From: Octopus vulgaris
Taxonomy: Eukaryota
DNA length: 64,000 nucleotides
NCBI GenBank assembly: GCA_951406725.2
Contig: OX597814.1
Coordinates: forward strand, 84,134,001-84,198,000
Direction: 5' to 3'
Positions within the stretch are counted from its first letter, which is position 1. The number at the start of each line of letters is the position of its first letter. Both the position numbers and the translations under genes were made by a program. Positions 41,521 through 56,219 of the stretch are shown here, piece after piece. Under the pieces are notes generated by a model. That model did no database searches. It had not been told where the DNA came from and saw only the letters and a list, made by a program, of their open reading frames with translations.

Positions 41521-41720
41521 TCTTATATCTTTTACTTGTTTCGGTCATTAGACTGCGGCCATGTTGGGGCACTGGCTTGAAGAATTTTTAGTCGAATGGT
41601 ACTTATTCTTTCGGTCTCTTTGCCGAACTGCTAAGTTACGGGAACGTAAACACAACAACGGTTGTCAAGCGGTGGTGAGGAGACAAAGACAGACACAAAG
41701 TCACACACACACAGATATAT

Positions 41721-41766
<46 letters not shown>

Positions 41767-41924
41767 GTATACGACAGGTTTCTTTGAGTTTTCGTTTACC
41801 AAATCCACGTAGAAGGCTTTGGTCGGCCCGAGGCTATAGCAGAGAACATTTACTCAAGGTGTCACGCAGTGAGACTTAACTTGGAACTATGTGGTTGGGA
41901 AGTAAGTTTCTTACCACGACTGCG
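41521..41924 (-). mobile_element. SINE family A with internal (CA)/(TA) tract
   Basis: Reverse complement of the 18595-19010 structure. Confidence 0.88.
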
Positions 41925-42279
41925 AAAATTGATAGTTCAAAAACTTAGGTTTGTAAATGCGTAATTTCGAAATGAAAAATTCGCATAGAAGGATTAAGAA
42001 AGTTATTTCTTCCAACAATTAATGAGCTCTGTTTTCTTTTCCTTTTTGATGTTGTTGCTTTGTTTTTTGCTTTTTTTGTCTGGAATTACAACCCTTAATC
42101 TGAAACTCTGACGTAACAAAGACGTCAGATACACGTGACCTAGCCAACAAAGTAAATGTGTCTTGGCGCAATCCTGTTTTTCTTTTCTTTTTTTAATATA
42201 TGTTCATTATAAATGAGAAATTTATCGTCTTAGGAATTCGTGCAAAAGGTATCAGCCAACTAGGTGATACATAGGTATT

Positions 42280-42360
<81 letters not shown>

Positions 42361-42566
42361 TCTGTTATTCTTTTACTTATTTCAGTCATTTGACTGCAAA
42401 CATGCTGGAACACAGCCTTTAATGGAACAATTCGACCCCAGGACTTATTCTTTGTAAGCCTAGTATATATTCTATCGGTCTCTTTTGCCAAACCGCTAGG
42501 TTACGGGGACGTAAACACACCAACATCGGTTGTCATGCGATGATGAGGAAACAAACACAGACACAA

Positions 42567-42626
<60 letters not shown>

Positions 42627-42786
42627 AACGGGCTTCTATCAGTTTCCGCCTTGTAGATCCACTCACGAGGCTTTGTTCGGCCCGAAGCTATAGTAGAAAA
42701 CACTTGCTCAAGGTGGCACGTAGTGGGCCTGAACCCGGAACCATGTGCTTGGGAAGCAAGCTTCTTACCACACACCCACTCCTGCG

Positions 42787-42787
<1 letters not shown>
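42361..42787 (-). mobile_element. SINE family A with internal (TA)n
   Basis: Reverse complement of the 18595-19010 structure; flanked by (GATA)n and (TA)n. Confidence 0.9.
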
Positions 42788-42843
<56 letters not shown>

Positions 42844-42884
42844 TTATTTATTTATATATATATTTATATATATATATACTTACA

Positions 42885-42957
<73 letters not shown>

Positions 42958-43026
42958 GTCTGTCTGTCTATATGTTTATTTATATATGTATATATATACA
43001 TATATACATACTTATATATACATATA

Positions 43027-43117
<91 letters not shown>

Positions 43118-43123
43118 ATACAC

Positions 43124-43160
<37 letters not shown>

Positions 43161-43406
43161 CATACATCAGAGATTAGGATCATAGATCACAGCGACAGAG
43201 ATCATGTTAGTTTATCTCACCTCTCCCTTCCATTTAAACCCCTCCCCCTCCCCATGCCAACCAGTCTAACCCACCCCGTCCCATTTCTTTTCATTTACTC
43301 TTTCACTTTCACTTGTTCATACATCTCTCAAATTAAATGCTACTTAATGAACCTCCACAGGTGAGTGCACTAAATCCTCAAGCACTCTGTACGTGTACAT
43401 ACGCGG

Positions 43407-43467
<61 letters not shown>

Positions 43468-44012
43468 GTGTGTATACATGCACAGACATATACACATAAA
43501 TTTGCTAAATATATATATATATATATATAAGCAGGTAGGTAAGTATGTATACATGCATGCAAGTATGTATGTATGTATGTATGTATGTATGTATGTATGT
43601 ATGTATGTATGTATGTATGTATGTATGTACGCATATGTGTATGTGCGTATTTATTTATGCTTATATGGATTCGCATACGAACGCCTGTACGTATGTATTT
43701 ATGTATATAAGTGTAACAGCTCTGTGGAGTTTATATATATGTATGTATGTATTTGTGTGAGTGCTTGTGGGTGTGGATGTGTGTGTGTTTGTGTGTGTGC
43801 GTGCGTGTGTATGCATGTGTGTGTATGTTGTGAGATAAGGATGAAGACATTCCTTGTTCATGACCTATTAAAAATGTCGATTACCTGTGAATACAAATCA
43901 CACATAGACACACACAAACACACACAAACGTACACACATACACATACATATATACATATATATACATACACAAATACACACATACATGGATATATGTGTG
44001 TATATATATATG

Positions 44013-44055
<43 letters not shown>

Positions 44056-44144
44056 CACGTGTTTGTATATATCCATACATATATGCAGAAATATACATAC
44101 AAACGTTGTGGATGTACATGTGATAGAGTACGCGCGCGTGTATA

Positions 44145-44233
<89 letters not shown>

Positions 44234-44475
44234 ATGAATGAATGAATGACTGAATGAATGGATCTGTTGGAGGCAGACCTAACTGGTGGAGGCAGACAGA
44301 TGAAGTAGTCCGCTACTCATTCTACTACCCCCCCCCCCCCCCACTATTGCTTTCTTCCTCCGCCCTATCATCCCCTGCCACCATCTTCACTTTCGTTAGG
44401 CATCCATCACATCTCACTACCATATATGTGTGTGCCTGCGCGTATACAGTCATGCACATATCACACATACACTTG

Positions 44476-44516
<41 letters not shown>

Positions 44517-44539
44517 TGTTCAATGTAGTAAAGACGGAT

Positions 44540-44745
44540 TGAGGCGTTGAGCTGGCAGAATCGTTACCGCGCCGGAAAAATTTCTTCCGACTTTACGTTC
44601 TTAGTTCAAATACCGCCGGAGTCGACTTTACCTTTTATCTTTTCGGAGTCGATCAATTAAGTTACCAGTTGAACACTGGGGTGGATGGAATTGACTGGCC
44701 CCTCCCCGGAAATTGCTGGCCTAATGCCAACATTTGAAACCAATA
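44540..44745 (+). mobile_element. SINE family B (tail type 1)
   Basis: gagctggcagaatcgtta..gagtcgacttt..gaaattgctggcct..tttgaaacc. Confidence 0.85.
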
Positions 44746-44937
44746 TCATGACGATAACATTGGTGTGTGTGTGTGTAGCTACAGAGATGGGTAGAGATAG
44801 AGACAGAAGTATATATATCTGCAAATGTAGTTAACACATGCATAAATAAATTTTAAATATACGTACAAGTAGATACACACACATGCGCATCGATCCGTCC
44901 ATCTGTCTATACACCGATCTATCTATATATATACATA

Positions 44938-45300
44938 CAGTGGAGGCCCATTGGCTAGGGCTGCGAACTCGCGGTTTCGATTCCCAGACCAGGCATTGTG
45001 GGTGTTTAATGAGTGAAAACACCTAAAGCCCCACGAGGCTCCGGTAGGAGGTAATGGTGAACTCTGCTGTACTCTTTCCCCACAACTTTCTCTCACTGTT
45101 TCTGTTTTACCTGTATTTCAAATGGTCAGCCTTGTCATACTCTGTGTCACGTTGAATCTCTCCAAGAATTACGTTAAGGGCACACGTGTCTGTGGAGTGC
45201 TCAGCCACTTGCACGTCAATTTGTTAATTTCACGAGCAGGCTGTTCCATTGATCGAATCAACTGGAACTCTCGTCGTCGTAACCGACGGAGTGCCACGAC
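44938..45300 (+). mobile_element. SINE family C
   Basis: tRNA-like head (ggtttcgattccc, box B-like); unique body ending gtcgtaaccgacggagtgccac; tail shared with 13590-13725. Confidence 0.7.
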
Positions 45301-45329
45301 GATACACACACACATACACACACACACAC

Positions 45330-45872
45330 ATGCATACATACATTCATGCATACATGCATACATGCATACATGCATACATACATACATACATACATATATA
45401 CATGCATACATGCATACATACATACATACATGCATACATGCATACATACATACATACATGCATACATACATGCATACATGCATACATGCATACATACATA
45501 GATGCATACATGCATACATGCATACATACATACATACATACATACATACATACATACATACATGCATACATACATACATACATGCATACATACATACATA
45601 CATACATGCATACATACATACATGCATACATGCATACATGCATACATGCATACATGCATACATACATACATACATGCATACATACATACATACATACATA
45701 CATGCATACATGCATACATGCATACATACATACATACATACATACATACATACATACATACATACATGCATACATGCATACATACATACATGCATACATA
45801 CATACATGCATACATACATACATACATACATACATACATACATACATACATACATACATACATACATACATA
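45330..45872. repeat. ~540-bp (CATA)n array interspersed with CATG variants
   Basis: Direct reading; source of the HTYI/MYVC pseudo-ORFs. Confidence 0.97.
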
Positions 45873-47017
45873 CGTGTATGTAAGCACATACATATTCTCA
45901 TCACTTACGAACGTTCACCGTCTTACTCTCCTCCCCACATACATGTGCTAACCGTACTATCAAGTATACACATAGACACACGTTACACACGCTCACACCA
46001 CCATCATCACCAAACCAGACGATAGTTTCCAGAGTAATTTACGTGAATGAATCAATTGATAGGTCTTATATTTATGTCTGACTCACTGTCTTACTTATTT
46101 GTCTGTCTTTATGTCGGAATGTCTACCTGTCTGTTTTTCTTTCCTCTTTCTCTCTTTTTCTCTCCTTCTCTCTCTTTTTCACTCTCAGTTTCAGTCACTG
46201 CCCATGTCTGTCTGCTTCTCTCTGTCTATCCACGTAAGTGTGTCAACCTGTTTTGCCTTAATTTGTGTGTTTATCAAGAAGGGAGAGAAAGAAAAGAAAG
46301 AGTGGAGAGAAGAGAGAGAGAGAGAGAAGAGACAGACAAACAGAGGACGAAGAGGGAGTCAAAGACAAATAGACAGGCAGGAAAACAGAGAGATGGTAGC
46401 AGAGGAGAGACTAGAATCCGAGGAAATTTCTTAATGGTCAATGTGGGCAACATACTAATATTTTTTATGTATTTATTTATTTTTAAGGCTTCTGCACAAA
46501 AAGAAAAATTAGAACATATCCTCATAATTGATGGAATTATCTTACTTTAGTATTTTGCGAAAGAATGGTTTTTGCCTAATTCTTCCTGCCACAGCTTGTC
46601 TTTGTTTCGGTCTGTCTGCCTCTTATCCACCTGTTTCTGGCTATCAGTTTACCACTCGCTATGTTTGTATCTTTTTAAGATACAGAGATATGGACGTTTT
46701 CGTAGTCATACAACCTGCTATAAATGACAGTTAAATCTCCTTCGATGAACATCCTATTTCCCTTTAAAAAAACGCAGAAGGGCACATCGGAAGAAGTAAT
46801 TCATCATACATAATGCAGCAGCAGAAAATACCTTTCTTTGATCATTGTTCTGACCCATCGTGTAATCCTGCGATTCAGTAACAGCATTAACATCTCCCTA
46901 TTTCTTCTAAGTACGCAGGCGACACCCTTAGACTCTTGTCCTGCTTTTACTCTGTCCAAAATCTCATCCAGAAACAGAGACTTCGAGATCAAGATCTAAC
47001 GGAAATTCAACAGCCTC

Positions 47018-47212
47018 TCATCCAGCATAAACTGGGACAATTGTTATGTTGACGACGACTATTGAGCAAGAAGCTCGTATCCGCGAATGTCCTCTAATCT
47101 CCAGGCTCGTCCCTTTCCTAAATGTCGTATTAGTTTTGGGGAATTTTTGATTCTTGAGGATGTCTTCACTTACCAAATGAAGCTTGATTGCCATTTGGTT
47201 ATTATGGGACAT
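47018..47212 (-). mobile_element. Possible degenerate APE endonuclease remnant (RTE-like)
   Basis: NNQMAIKL..KTNTTFRK..VPVYAG loosely matches N.NG..L..NT.F.K..RVY.G. Confidence 0.3.
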
Positions 47213-49511
47213 CTTCCAGAGGAAAAGATTATTTTTTTAAAAATCAAGATTGGTGTTGTATGGTATTTAACATACTTGTATTTGTCTATGTTATTCAAAT
47301 ACTGGTCACTTTCAGCTGTATCTCTTAGGTCATTATTGTTTAAATTAAACTTCTAATTACAGACAGTTCACCATTCCCGTCGCTTAGTGGTTGCAATGGA
47401 CGGGACTGCCATCTCAATAATCAATGGTGCATCCTCAGATTTACAGTGATACACTTATTTCGAAACCCCACTTTAGCATTATTGCAAATTAATGCTCACC
47501 CAGAATATTCTGAAGCACTCTCAGGGACCAAAGTCAGGCGACAGGCCTGCAAGTCACATCTCAATTTAATAAACTCCCTACAATACACCCATACTACTCA
47601 TCTACAACACATATGTAAAATGACTGTACTACGTACAAATGCACGGCCAGGACTACGTCATAAAGACTAGTTTTCCATAAGAGATCCAAATGTTTATTCA
47701 AATCTGAACAATAGTTGAAAAATGTAAAACGAACTTCATCTAGCTGCATTGTACATACAGGCAGGAGTTACACCTACCATGTACGCGTACACACCGGACC
47801 ACATACCAAAAAAGGAATTCTTCCTGACAAGCAACTCTTCATTCATCAATATTTTGTATCTCTTTGATCGGTCGATGAAAATAGGAAGAAAAGGGTATGT
47901 CAAACGCTTTTCTTATTGATGGGTTAAAACTATTCTCCTCTGCTCCTCCGAACTATCTCAAGTTTAAGAGCGAACAAGGGAGGCTTCTGTGTGGTTGCAC
48001 CATCTGCCAGAAGTAACTGTCAGATCTCCCGCAGATCACACTCGACTTCTTGTAAAAAAATTTTTTTTTAAAGAGAGAATGACACATTAGCTAATGTAGA
48101 GACCGTCTCTACAATAACAAACGTGGACGAGACGGCCTCAGATGGAATGTCTTTCATCATAGGGCAGTTTGTGCAGTAGTAGTAGTAGTAGTAGTAGCGG
48201 CGGTGGGGGCGGCGTTGATGGTGGTGGTGGTGGTGGTCGTCGTCGTCGTCGTCGTCGTCGTCGTGGTTGTGGTGGTGGTTGTGGTGGTAACAGCAGCAGC
48301 ATCATTATATCTTGATAGAAAAGGTTTTCAGCTGAACAGAACAGCTCGGTGAGAGGTCTTAGAGCAACTTTTCAATTTTACATCAACTCACTTTTTTAAC
48401 ACTAGAAATAGCAACTTAACCTCCCTCAGATAATATCCTACAGCCTTTTCAAAGAAAATAATAATAAGGAAAATATATTTGACAATGTCCTGAAAATACA
48501 AGACTGGATGTTCTGGTCTGTATGTAAAAGTCTTTGATCGTCGTTCTGTTTGAGTAGAGCCGATCTGGGATTTTATCAACGACAACAGTACTCTATTGAT
48601 ATGAACCCTACTCTTCCTATTTACACTATAAAATCAATAAATGAAACATATGCAGCTCCTTGTTTTATATCGTTATTGATTTCCTTTCTGGTATTGTTTT
48701 GTTGGGGTTCGTTCTTTTTTGTTGTTTTTGTTTTATTTTTCTTTCATTCTCCCTTATTTTCTCTCCATTCAACTCTGGCTTTGTCACTAACTCTTACCCC
48801 CACCGCCCGTCTTTCCTCCATTTCTCTCCCCGTCCCTTTTTTTACCATCCTCTCTCTCTCTCTCCTTTTCTTTTCTTTTTTCTTTTGTTTGCCATCACAT
48901 TATTTTCATTAATTTTCTCTTGCGCTCACTCTCTCTCTCTCTCACTATATCTCTCTCTCCCTCTGTCACTATATGCGTTCTTTTTCTCTGACTCTTTCTC
49001 ATTCTTGTCCTTTCTTTCTAATTTAATTTTATCTCTCTCTTTCTCTCTCTCTCTCTCATTTACCATCTATTTCTTTGATTTTTACTCACTCTTCGCGCAT
49101 ATCTCCCTCACCATCTTTCTCTCTCCCTCTCTCTCTCTCCCCTTTCTCTCTCTCTCTTTCCTTCTCTCATAAAAACTGTTTTCCCATCTGTTTTTATCCC
49201 ACTTGCTCTCCCAAGTTGTTGCTAACTGTTGAGTTCTTTTACTCCTCTCGTTACGTGTACACCTTTCTTTATATCTCCCCACTAAATACTTCTCTTCTTC
49301 TTGTCTTCTTCTTGTCTTCTGTCTCCTCCCATCATCATCATCATTATCATCATCATCTCTATAATTCTCCTCCAGTATTTCTCTCTTTTTTTATATTGCT
49401 TATCCTTAACCTGTGTATGTATGTGTATTCATGTATCTAAATATCCATTTATCTATATATTTATCTGTGTATGTATTCACCTATGAATCGTTTTATAATG
49501 CTATATCTGCA

Positions 49512-49579
<68 letters not shown>

Positions 49580-51425
49580 CATCTATCTAGCTAGCTACCT
49601 ATGTTTGTATCTTTTTTTGTGTATCTATCTATCTATCTGTCTCTTCCTCCTCTCTCTCTCTCTCTATTTATCTATTTATGTAAGTGTACACACCTTTTCG
49701 TCTCATTGTTGTTTTCTCTCTAAATACGCATTTCTTGTGTACTGTTTTTCTCTAACACACTCCATGTGTCTCAGTACGGAAATATGTAGAAATATACGGA
49801 AATGGTTCACACAAGCTGATTCAAGTCAACTTACAGAAAGACATGCGTAACATATAATATATCTATTTATAAAGTATTTGTTTGAATAAACAGGGACATC
49901 AAGATTTGTAGATGCCTTGCTTGAAAAGAGCTAAATTCTATAAAGAACATCTGGACCTCCAGACTCCCTATTCAACTCAAGTTGAGAATTTTCTTAGCAG
50001 CAATCGAGGTAATCATCACTTATCAGTGTGTAACTTGAAGCTTCATTAGGTTCATTGTCAAGTCCCTCATTTGTTGCTACAGTCGAATATTCTAGATGGC
50101 CGTCAGTGTCAGCTGAATGTTGAATCTGACAAATGATAAACACTATTGAGACCTTATTTCATTTGACCAACAAACAAAATAGCAGGAAAACTGTTGTAGC
50201 TTATATGGCTACTGTTTGAAGTATAAAAATCGCGTGCCGGCTAAGTCATTGTCTGGGAACCGAACAACGGGAGGGCGAAGCGTGATCATCTTCTAAAATC
50301 ACTATCAAGTAGTACTGCGACTATAGATGATCTTTGGACGCTCTGATGAAACTGGTTATGTGACAAGTCCGCCATGTTGTATACATCGCAAGTTGTATTC
50401 AATAGATAATGATACTGATGATGATTTCCATACGTATATCAGTTTATGAATCTCACTTCTACGGACATTTAAGGTTTTATTGAGCTATGTTCTCCTTATA
50501 TAGTTTCGTAATAGTATTTCCTATGGCCACAATATGCTCTGCTATCGTTTATTGCCTCAAGTAAGACCTTATAGCTATTATAGTTATCTCATCTTTATTC
50601 TATAAAAGACGAATCTAGGAGGATGTACCAGGAAGATATACTTTGATTAAGATTTAACTGTTATTTCTGGCAAACAGAGTGGTCACGTAGCAGCTCCTTT
50701 ATCCGCTCGTATAGTTTACATGTATTTGTTAATGATGTAGATTGGTGTTGACCTTAATTCTAGGTCAACACCAATCGAGCCGACCAATAATCGAAGTCGT
50801 TCCATCCATACTCTACCTTCTATGATTAAGATTGAATTACACAGTGTGTCCCCTTTTTATTAGGCAACATTGTGGGATTTGATCAAGATTTAACAACCAT
50901 ATCTCGCATATCAAAGGACACATGCATAGGCTTCTTTCATTCTCTTCCACATTGAGTTGTTTGACAAGTTCCAATGTCGTCTGCTTTGTTGAGATTTTTA
51001 AAAATATTTTCTTCCCAATCATGTACGTTGGAGAATTTAGTAACGACATTATTTCCTTCCCGTTCAATATTTTATTCTGGAGTTTCTTGTTTCTGTTTGG
51101 CAAGCATAATTTGTTGAATTTATCAGTTTATTCAATGATATGTTAATTTTTGGGTTTTCTTTTGAGGAGCTGAATAATGCTGTCTGTAAAGCCAGATGCA
51201 TGCTCCTGATGATTCGATTACATGGCGTAATTTTAAAATGTGTTGAAACAACGCCACGTAATCGATTCGCACACAGACACGCACACACACACACACACAT
51301 AAATGCACACACATATATTATATGTCTCTAAACAAATACATATTTGCACGTGTGTGTGTGTGTATACAGAGAGAGAGAGAAGGGGGGAGAGACAGACAGA
51401 CATAAAGATACATACACACACACAC

Positions 51426-51510
<85 letters not shown>

Positions 51511-52039
51511 GAGATATGTACGTATGTATTTATGTGTGTATATCTGTATGTATGTATGTATGTATGTATGCATGCATATATGTATGTATGTAAGCAAATA
51601 TACGCATACACTTTCATACACACATGCATATATACATACATGTATGGTCGTTTTGGCTGCAAGTAAAACATATTCCAAATACGAAGGAATAAACAAGCAG
51701 TCAACATGCAGTACCAAGTCAGTTCATGGCGTATTTACTCACAAGTTATTACAAAGACAATATATAATCTAAATCTGGCAGTTAAGCAGCACTCAGAATT
51801 TCATTAGAAAAATATTTATAAATACACTTAACTCGGCTTACTTGAAACCGTACATGTTCTTTGACAGACAAGTATATTTTCTTTACAAGTTAAACGTGAA
51901 ACCCAAACAGAATGAACCTATTCCAAGCGTTCATAACTGTTAATTTAAGTCGATTTAAGAGCAATTATATATTTCTTTAATGAAATCTTTGATGAGTAAT
52001 GCTTATTATTGGCTTTAAAATAGCTGTTTTGTTTTATCT

Positions 52040-52335
52040 CATATCTTTTATCTTTTACTTGTTTCATTCATCGAACTGCGACCGTGCTGGGGTACCGCCT
52101 TGTAGGGTTTTAGTCGAACGAATCGACCCCAGTACTTATTTTTAAGCCTGGTATTTATTCTGTAGAACTTATGCCGGACCGGATAGATAATGGGAATGTA
52201 AACAAACCAATACCAGTCGTCAAAAGGTGGGTGGGGTATGAACACAAACGTGAAGACACACATGCATACATATACATATGTACACACACGCATAAATATA
52301 TGTATGTGTATATATATATATATATATATATGGCT
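52040..52335 (-). mobile_element. SINE family A, 3' half
   Basis: cttttacttgtttcattcatcgaactgcgaccgtgctgggg..aatcgaccccagtactta. Confidence 0.8.
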
Positions 52336-52499
52336 GCAAAGTGAGTTTCTTTACTGCAGTATGTGTATTTTTTATCTTAATTGACGTAAGTCTTTAGTTG
52401 TATGATTACAACCACTAAATTCTTTTTGTTTTCTTGTTTTCCTACTAATTCATTTTGTTACTATTGCTGTTGTTGTTGCTGTTTTTTTTATGATGATCC

Positions 52500-52533
<34 letters not shown>

Positions 52534-54098
52534 AACGGTGATAGCCGTTATTGTTTTGGTTTGTTTTTAATGATTTGAGCTGAAGAAAAAGAAAATGGAG
52601 ATTTTGGCCTTGGTAGACTTCACTTGTTTTTATTAAAAAAGAAAAAATCTTTCCGAAGCCTATAAAGGAATTTTAAGAATTAAATGATTCGTTCTGCAGA
52701 ATCATTTAAGTTCGGGGAAAATGCCGTGGTCAATCTTGGTTTCCATAAACTTCTGGGATTGATAAAACACAGTGCCAGCCAAGTTCTGAGATCGAAGTAA
52801 TCCACTTAAAAAACTGCTGGCCTTGTACCTAAATTTGAAACAATTATTTCAAGTGATGAAAAGTGATGAAAGCTAAAACTATCCGCTGGTTAGAATGCCG
52901 TTATATCAAATTGCATCCCCAAATTATCCTGTATCTACAAGACAGCTATTTGTACTGTGACAATGTGATAATGATACTTGGTCAAATACACATCAACACG
53001 TCTTATATATCTATTTATCTATGTTTTCTGGATTCATTTGTTATGGTTATGTTGCTTCTGTGCTGTTGTTCCAAGGACGATAGATGAGTTCAGAACAATG
53101 TTGCAACCAAATAAATTGAGATCGTACTAGGTGGTGGGAGATAATTATGGCAATCTTTATAGCGAGGCTGTCTATTGACCCATGTGGTAAGATGGTGGTG
53201 GTAGCAAATGAAGTGATGACCATGATGATGATGATGATTATGATGATGATGATGATGATGGCGATGATGCGAAAATAATGATGTGACAACAGCGGAGGCG
53301 GCGACGGTAGTGCTGGTGGGGGGGATGGATATAAGTTTGAGGATGATGAAAAAAGTCGTTTTGCTTTTTACCCCCAGATCAGTCCTGATCCAGCAGACTT
53401 AGCGCCAAAAGCGTTCCAGCCTTAATCATTCCTTATATTTTGGTGTAAGGAGCTTTCTAAGGCCTCATTGTAGTCGGTATAAGATGGATGAGCGTGATTT
53501 GAAGGAGATTTGAAGCTGCTATTTATGGCACATCAAGAGATTACGTAGCGACTGGTTCATTAGTTCGTGATGGTGGTGGCTGCGATGTTGTAGGGTATGA
53601 GTTTGGAATGCTAATAGTGATGGTAGCGGTGATTTTGTCGACATTGAAATCTAACAGGAGCAGAATAATGATAGGCAATTCATATAAATTATAGTATAGA
53701 AGCACATAGATGAAACCAGTTTTTATCTGGTAACAAACATATATATACACGCCAGACTCATATAAACACACGCCGATACAAACGTACACAAACTCATACA
53801 CACACTACAACATACAACACATACACACACACACAGTAGTACTTACATAGGCACACGTATACGCAAAAGTAAATTTTAAAATGAAGTATCATACACGAAC
53901 TGGTATAATCAATCCTTTGAGGTGTCATATCATAGTGCGCGCTCTAGCGTACATACACACGAATACACACCAACACATACGCACATATGTACAGGATAAC
54001 CGATAGTTTTCTATCGATGTCTATCGATACTGGGAATTGCAGACAAAATGTCCGCAATTTCCAATATTTTCTTCCTGTGATCCAAACTTAGTTAAATG

Positions 54099-54266
54099 CA
54101 GAACCGTCTACATGAGTAAACTGGACAATTGCCCAGGGGCCTCACAGATCTAGGGGCCCAGTTCTGATCTATGTATGCTGTGGCTTATTGGTAATAAATA
54201 AATATAGGACTCAGTGCATTGATTTGCCCCGAGGAGGGGGGCTATAATGCTGCTAAGGCTTCCCTG
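54099..54266. mobile_element. Degenerate hAT-like MITE
   Basis: Ends cagaaccgtct / aggcttccctg; internal gcccaggggcc and gccccg..ggggc; 8-bp flanks gttaaatg / atgaaatg (6/8 identical). Confidence 0.55.
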
Positions 54267-55039
54267 ATGAAATGTATAACCTTACTGTCATGCTCTTTGA
54301 TTATGGCTTTCATTGGTTCTATAGTCCCTGGTGTTCTCTTTATGTCGACTGTATAAGAATCTAACCCTGTCTTTTAAGCTTTGATTTATATTCCTCTAGT
54401 CTTCCTTTGTTTTGCAATATTTGATCTTTTGTGGGGGCGGGGAGTTGTTTCTTTTACTGCATTCCATCGATTGAATTTTATTTGTAGCAAACTGAAACAG
54501 GGACAAATATCCCAGCCAATTCTTTAACACAATTATTTCGGACTGGTCATGAATACAAATCTTACGACCAAATCATGGACTTAAATATTATTACACAACT
54601 CTTGGTTTAAAATCTTTAGGACAGTTTCTTAGGTACGAATCCATCATCAAGATCTTAGGCTGAAATCTAAATATTTTTGCTCGATAATCGTTTAGTCATT
54701 TCGCTATTAGTGTATATGCCTCCCCGTTATTAAAATATTTCTCGTACAGAAATGTACAATCAATAACTTAAAGACAAACATATGAGAAATGTAAATTTTT
54801 CACGAAGTAGAACGAATCACAAAATTTAGAACCTAATTTTGAATTCTGTAGCTTTAAGCAAATGAAAGACAGATCTAATGCATGCCTAGCACAGGTATTC
54901 GTTCAAAAGGCTATACTTATCCACCACAAGTAAGCCAAATGAGGTGTCTGTATAGTAGTGAGTGTCCCCATGATCAGAAACAACTAAGTATATAACTGCC
55001 ATCACTTATTTAGTCGATCATATACATTTGTGTAGAAAG

Positions 55040-55195
55040 TCATGAGAAAACTGCGCCCCGCAGAACTTTCTGAATGGCATGCCTAATAAAAAAATTACTT
55101 TCATTTTCTTTTTTTTTCTTTTCAGTAGTGTGACCCACCTGATGATGAGCCATGTTTCATGCGGCCCGCTTCTCGGAAAAGGTTGCCCATGCCTG
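55040..55195 (+). mobile_element. hAT-like MITE, same family as 61059-61204
   Basis: Shared gaatggca.gcctaa..ctgatgatgagccatg..cggcccgc..aaggttgcccatgcctg. Confidence 0.7.
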
Positions 55196-55559
55196 CTGTA
55201 GAAGTCATTCAGGCAATCCTACAATGCACAGTCAGTTTTAACAGTGATTAAAGCTCCACGAGACCAATTTCTGTTTGCTCAACACTGGACCCTTCTGTCA
55301 TCTATATTTTCTCATCCGCTAGAAATGTTTTTTTTAATTTAAAAAAATGTTAATATTCATACTGCAACACTCCTTTCTACCCTCTTATTCTACGTTTACA
55401 CCACTCTTCGTAAATCCAAGAATGTCAGAGTAAGCTGCGGGCTTAAGACCCATAACTCGTTATGATTGCACTCAAAACAAATAAGATAGCAACAATAGGA
55501 GTAACAAGTCTACCGAAGTTATAACATTATGAAGACGAAACGGACGTTTTTTCGCTTTT

Positions 55560-55792
55560 AAGGCGGTGAGATGGCAGAAACATTAGCACGCCGAGCGAAA
55601 TGCTTAGCAGTATTTCGTATGTCGCTATGTTCTGAGTTCAAATTCCTTCGTGGTCGACTTTGTCTTTCATCCTTTCTGGGTCGATTAAATAAGTACTAGT
55701 TACGCACTGGGGTCGATATAATCGACTTAATCCGTTTGTCTGTCCTTGTTTGTCCCCTCTGTGTGTAGCCCCTTGTGAGCAGTATAGAAATA
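55560..55792 (+). mobile_element. Full SINE family B (tail type 2) with ~22-bp TSD
   Basis: gaaacggacgttttttcgctttt (55537-55559) and gaaacggatgtttttcgctttt (55793-55814). Confidence 0.9.
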
Positions 55793-56151
55793 GAAACGGA
55801 TGTTTTTCGCTTTTCATGCATTTCCCAAAAATCCTTAGACGCAGAAGTGAAGTGAAACGACTTTAATTCAATGCTTCCTTGTTCACTTTTCAATAAACAT
55901 GTTACTACAACATTTCATTGGTTACTACAACATTGACACTTAAAAAATACAAGATACAAATCTAGATCAGGCAAGAAATATGAAGTATCTAACCTAGATT
56001 TTAAAAATATACGCTTCGTCTACATTCATAAAAAGAAAAGAAAAAACTCGAGACAAAAATTTTATCTATATCACTGAATGAGTCCTAATGGTAAAGTTGT
56101 AGTAATACATACATACATACATACATACATACATACATACATACATACATA

Positions 56152-56219
<68 letters not shown>

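Noticed and set aside
42530-46025. Long ORFs (200-280 aa) here and at 56792-57707, 32245-32853 and 20027-20635
   Set aside because: Translations of (TA)n, (TATG)n, (TAA)n and SINE sequence, which lack stops in several frames; no protein-like composition
48780-49350. Long polypyrimidine tract (triplex potential; hydrophobic pseudo-ORFs)
   Set aside because: Decayed (CT)n low-complexity DNA common throughout the window; no specific functional evidence
55138-55170. ctgatgatgag (also ~61148) as a hammerhead core or snoRNA C/D box
   Set aside because: Internal part of a two-copy hAT MITE; no partner GAAA stem or terminal stem
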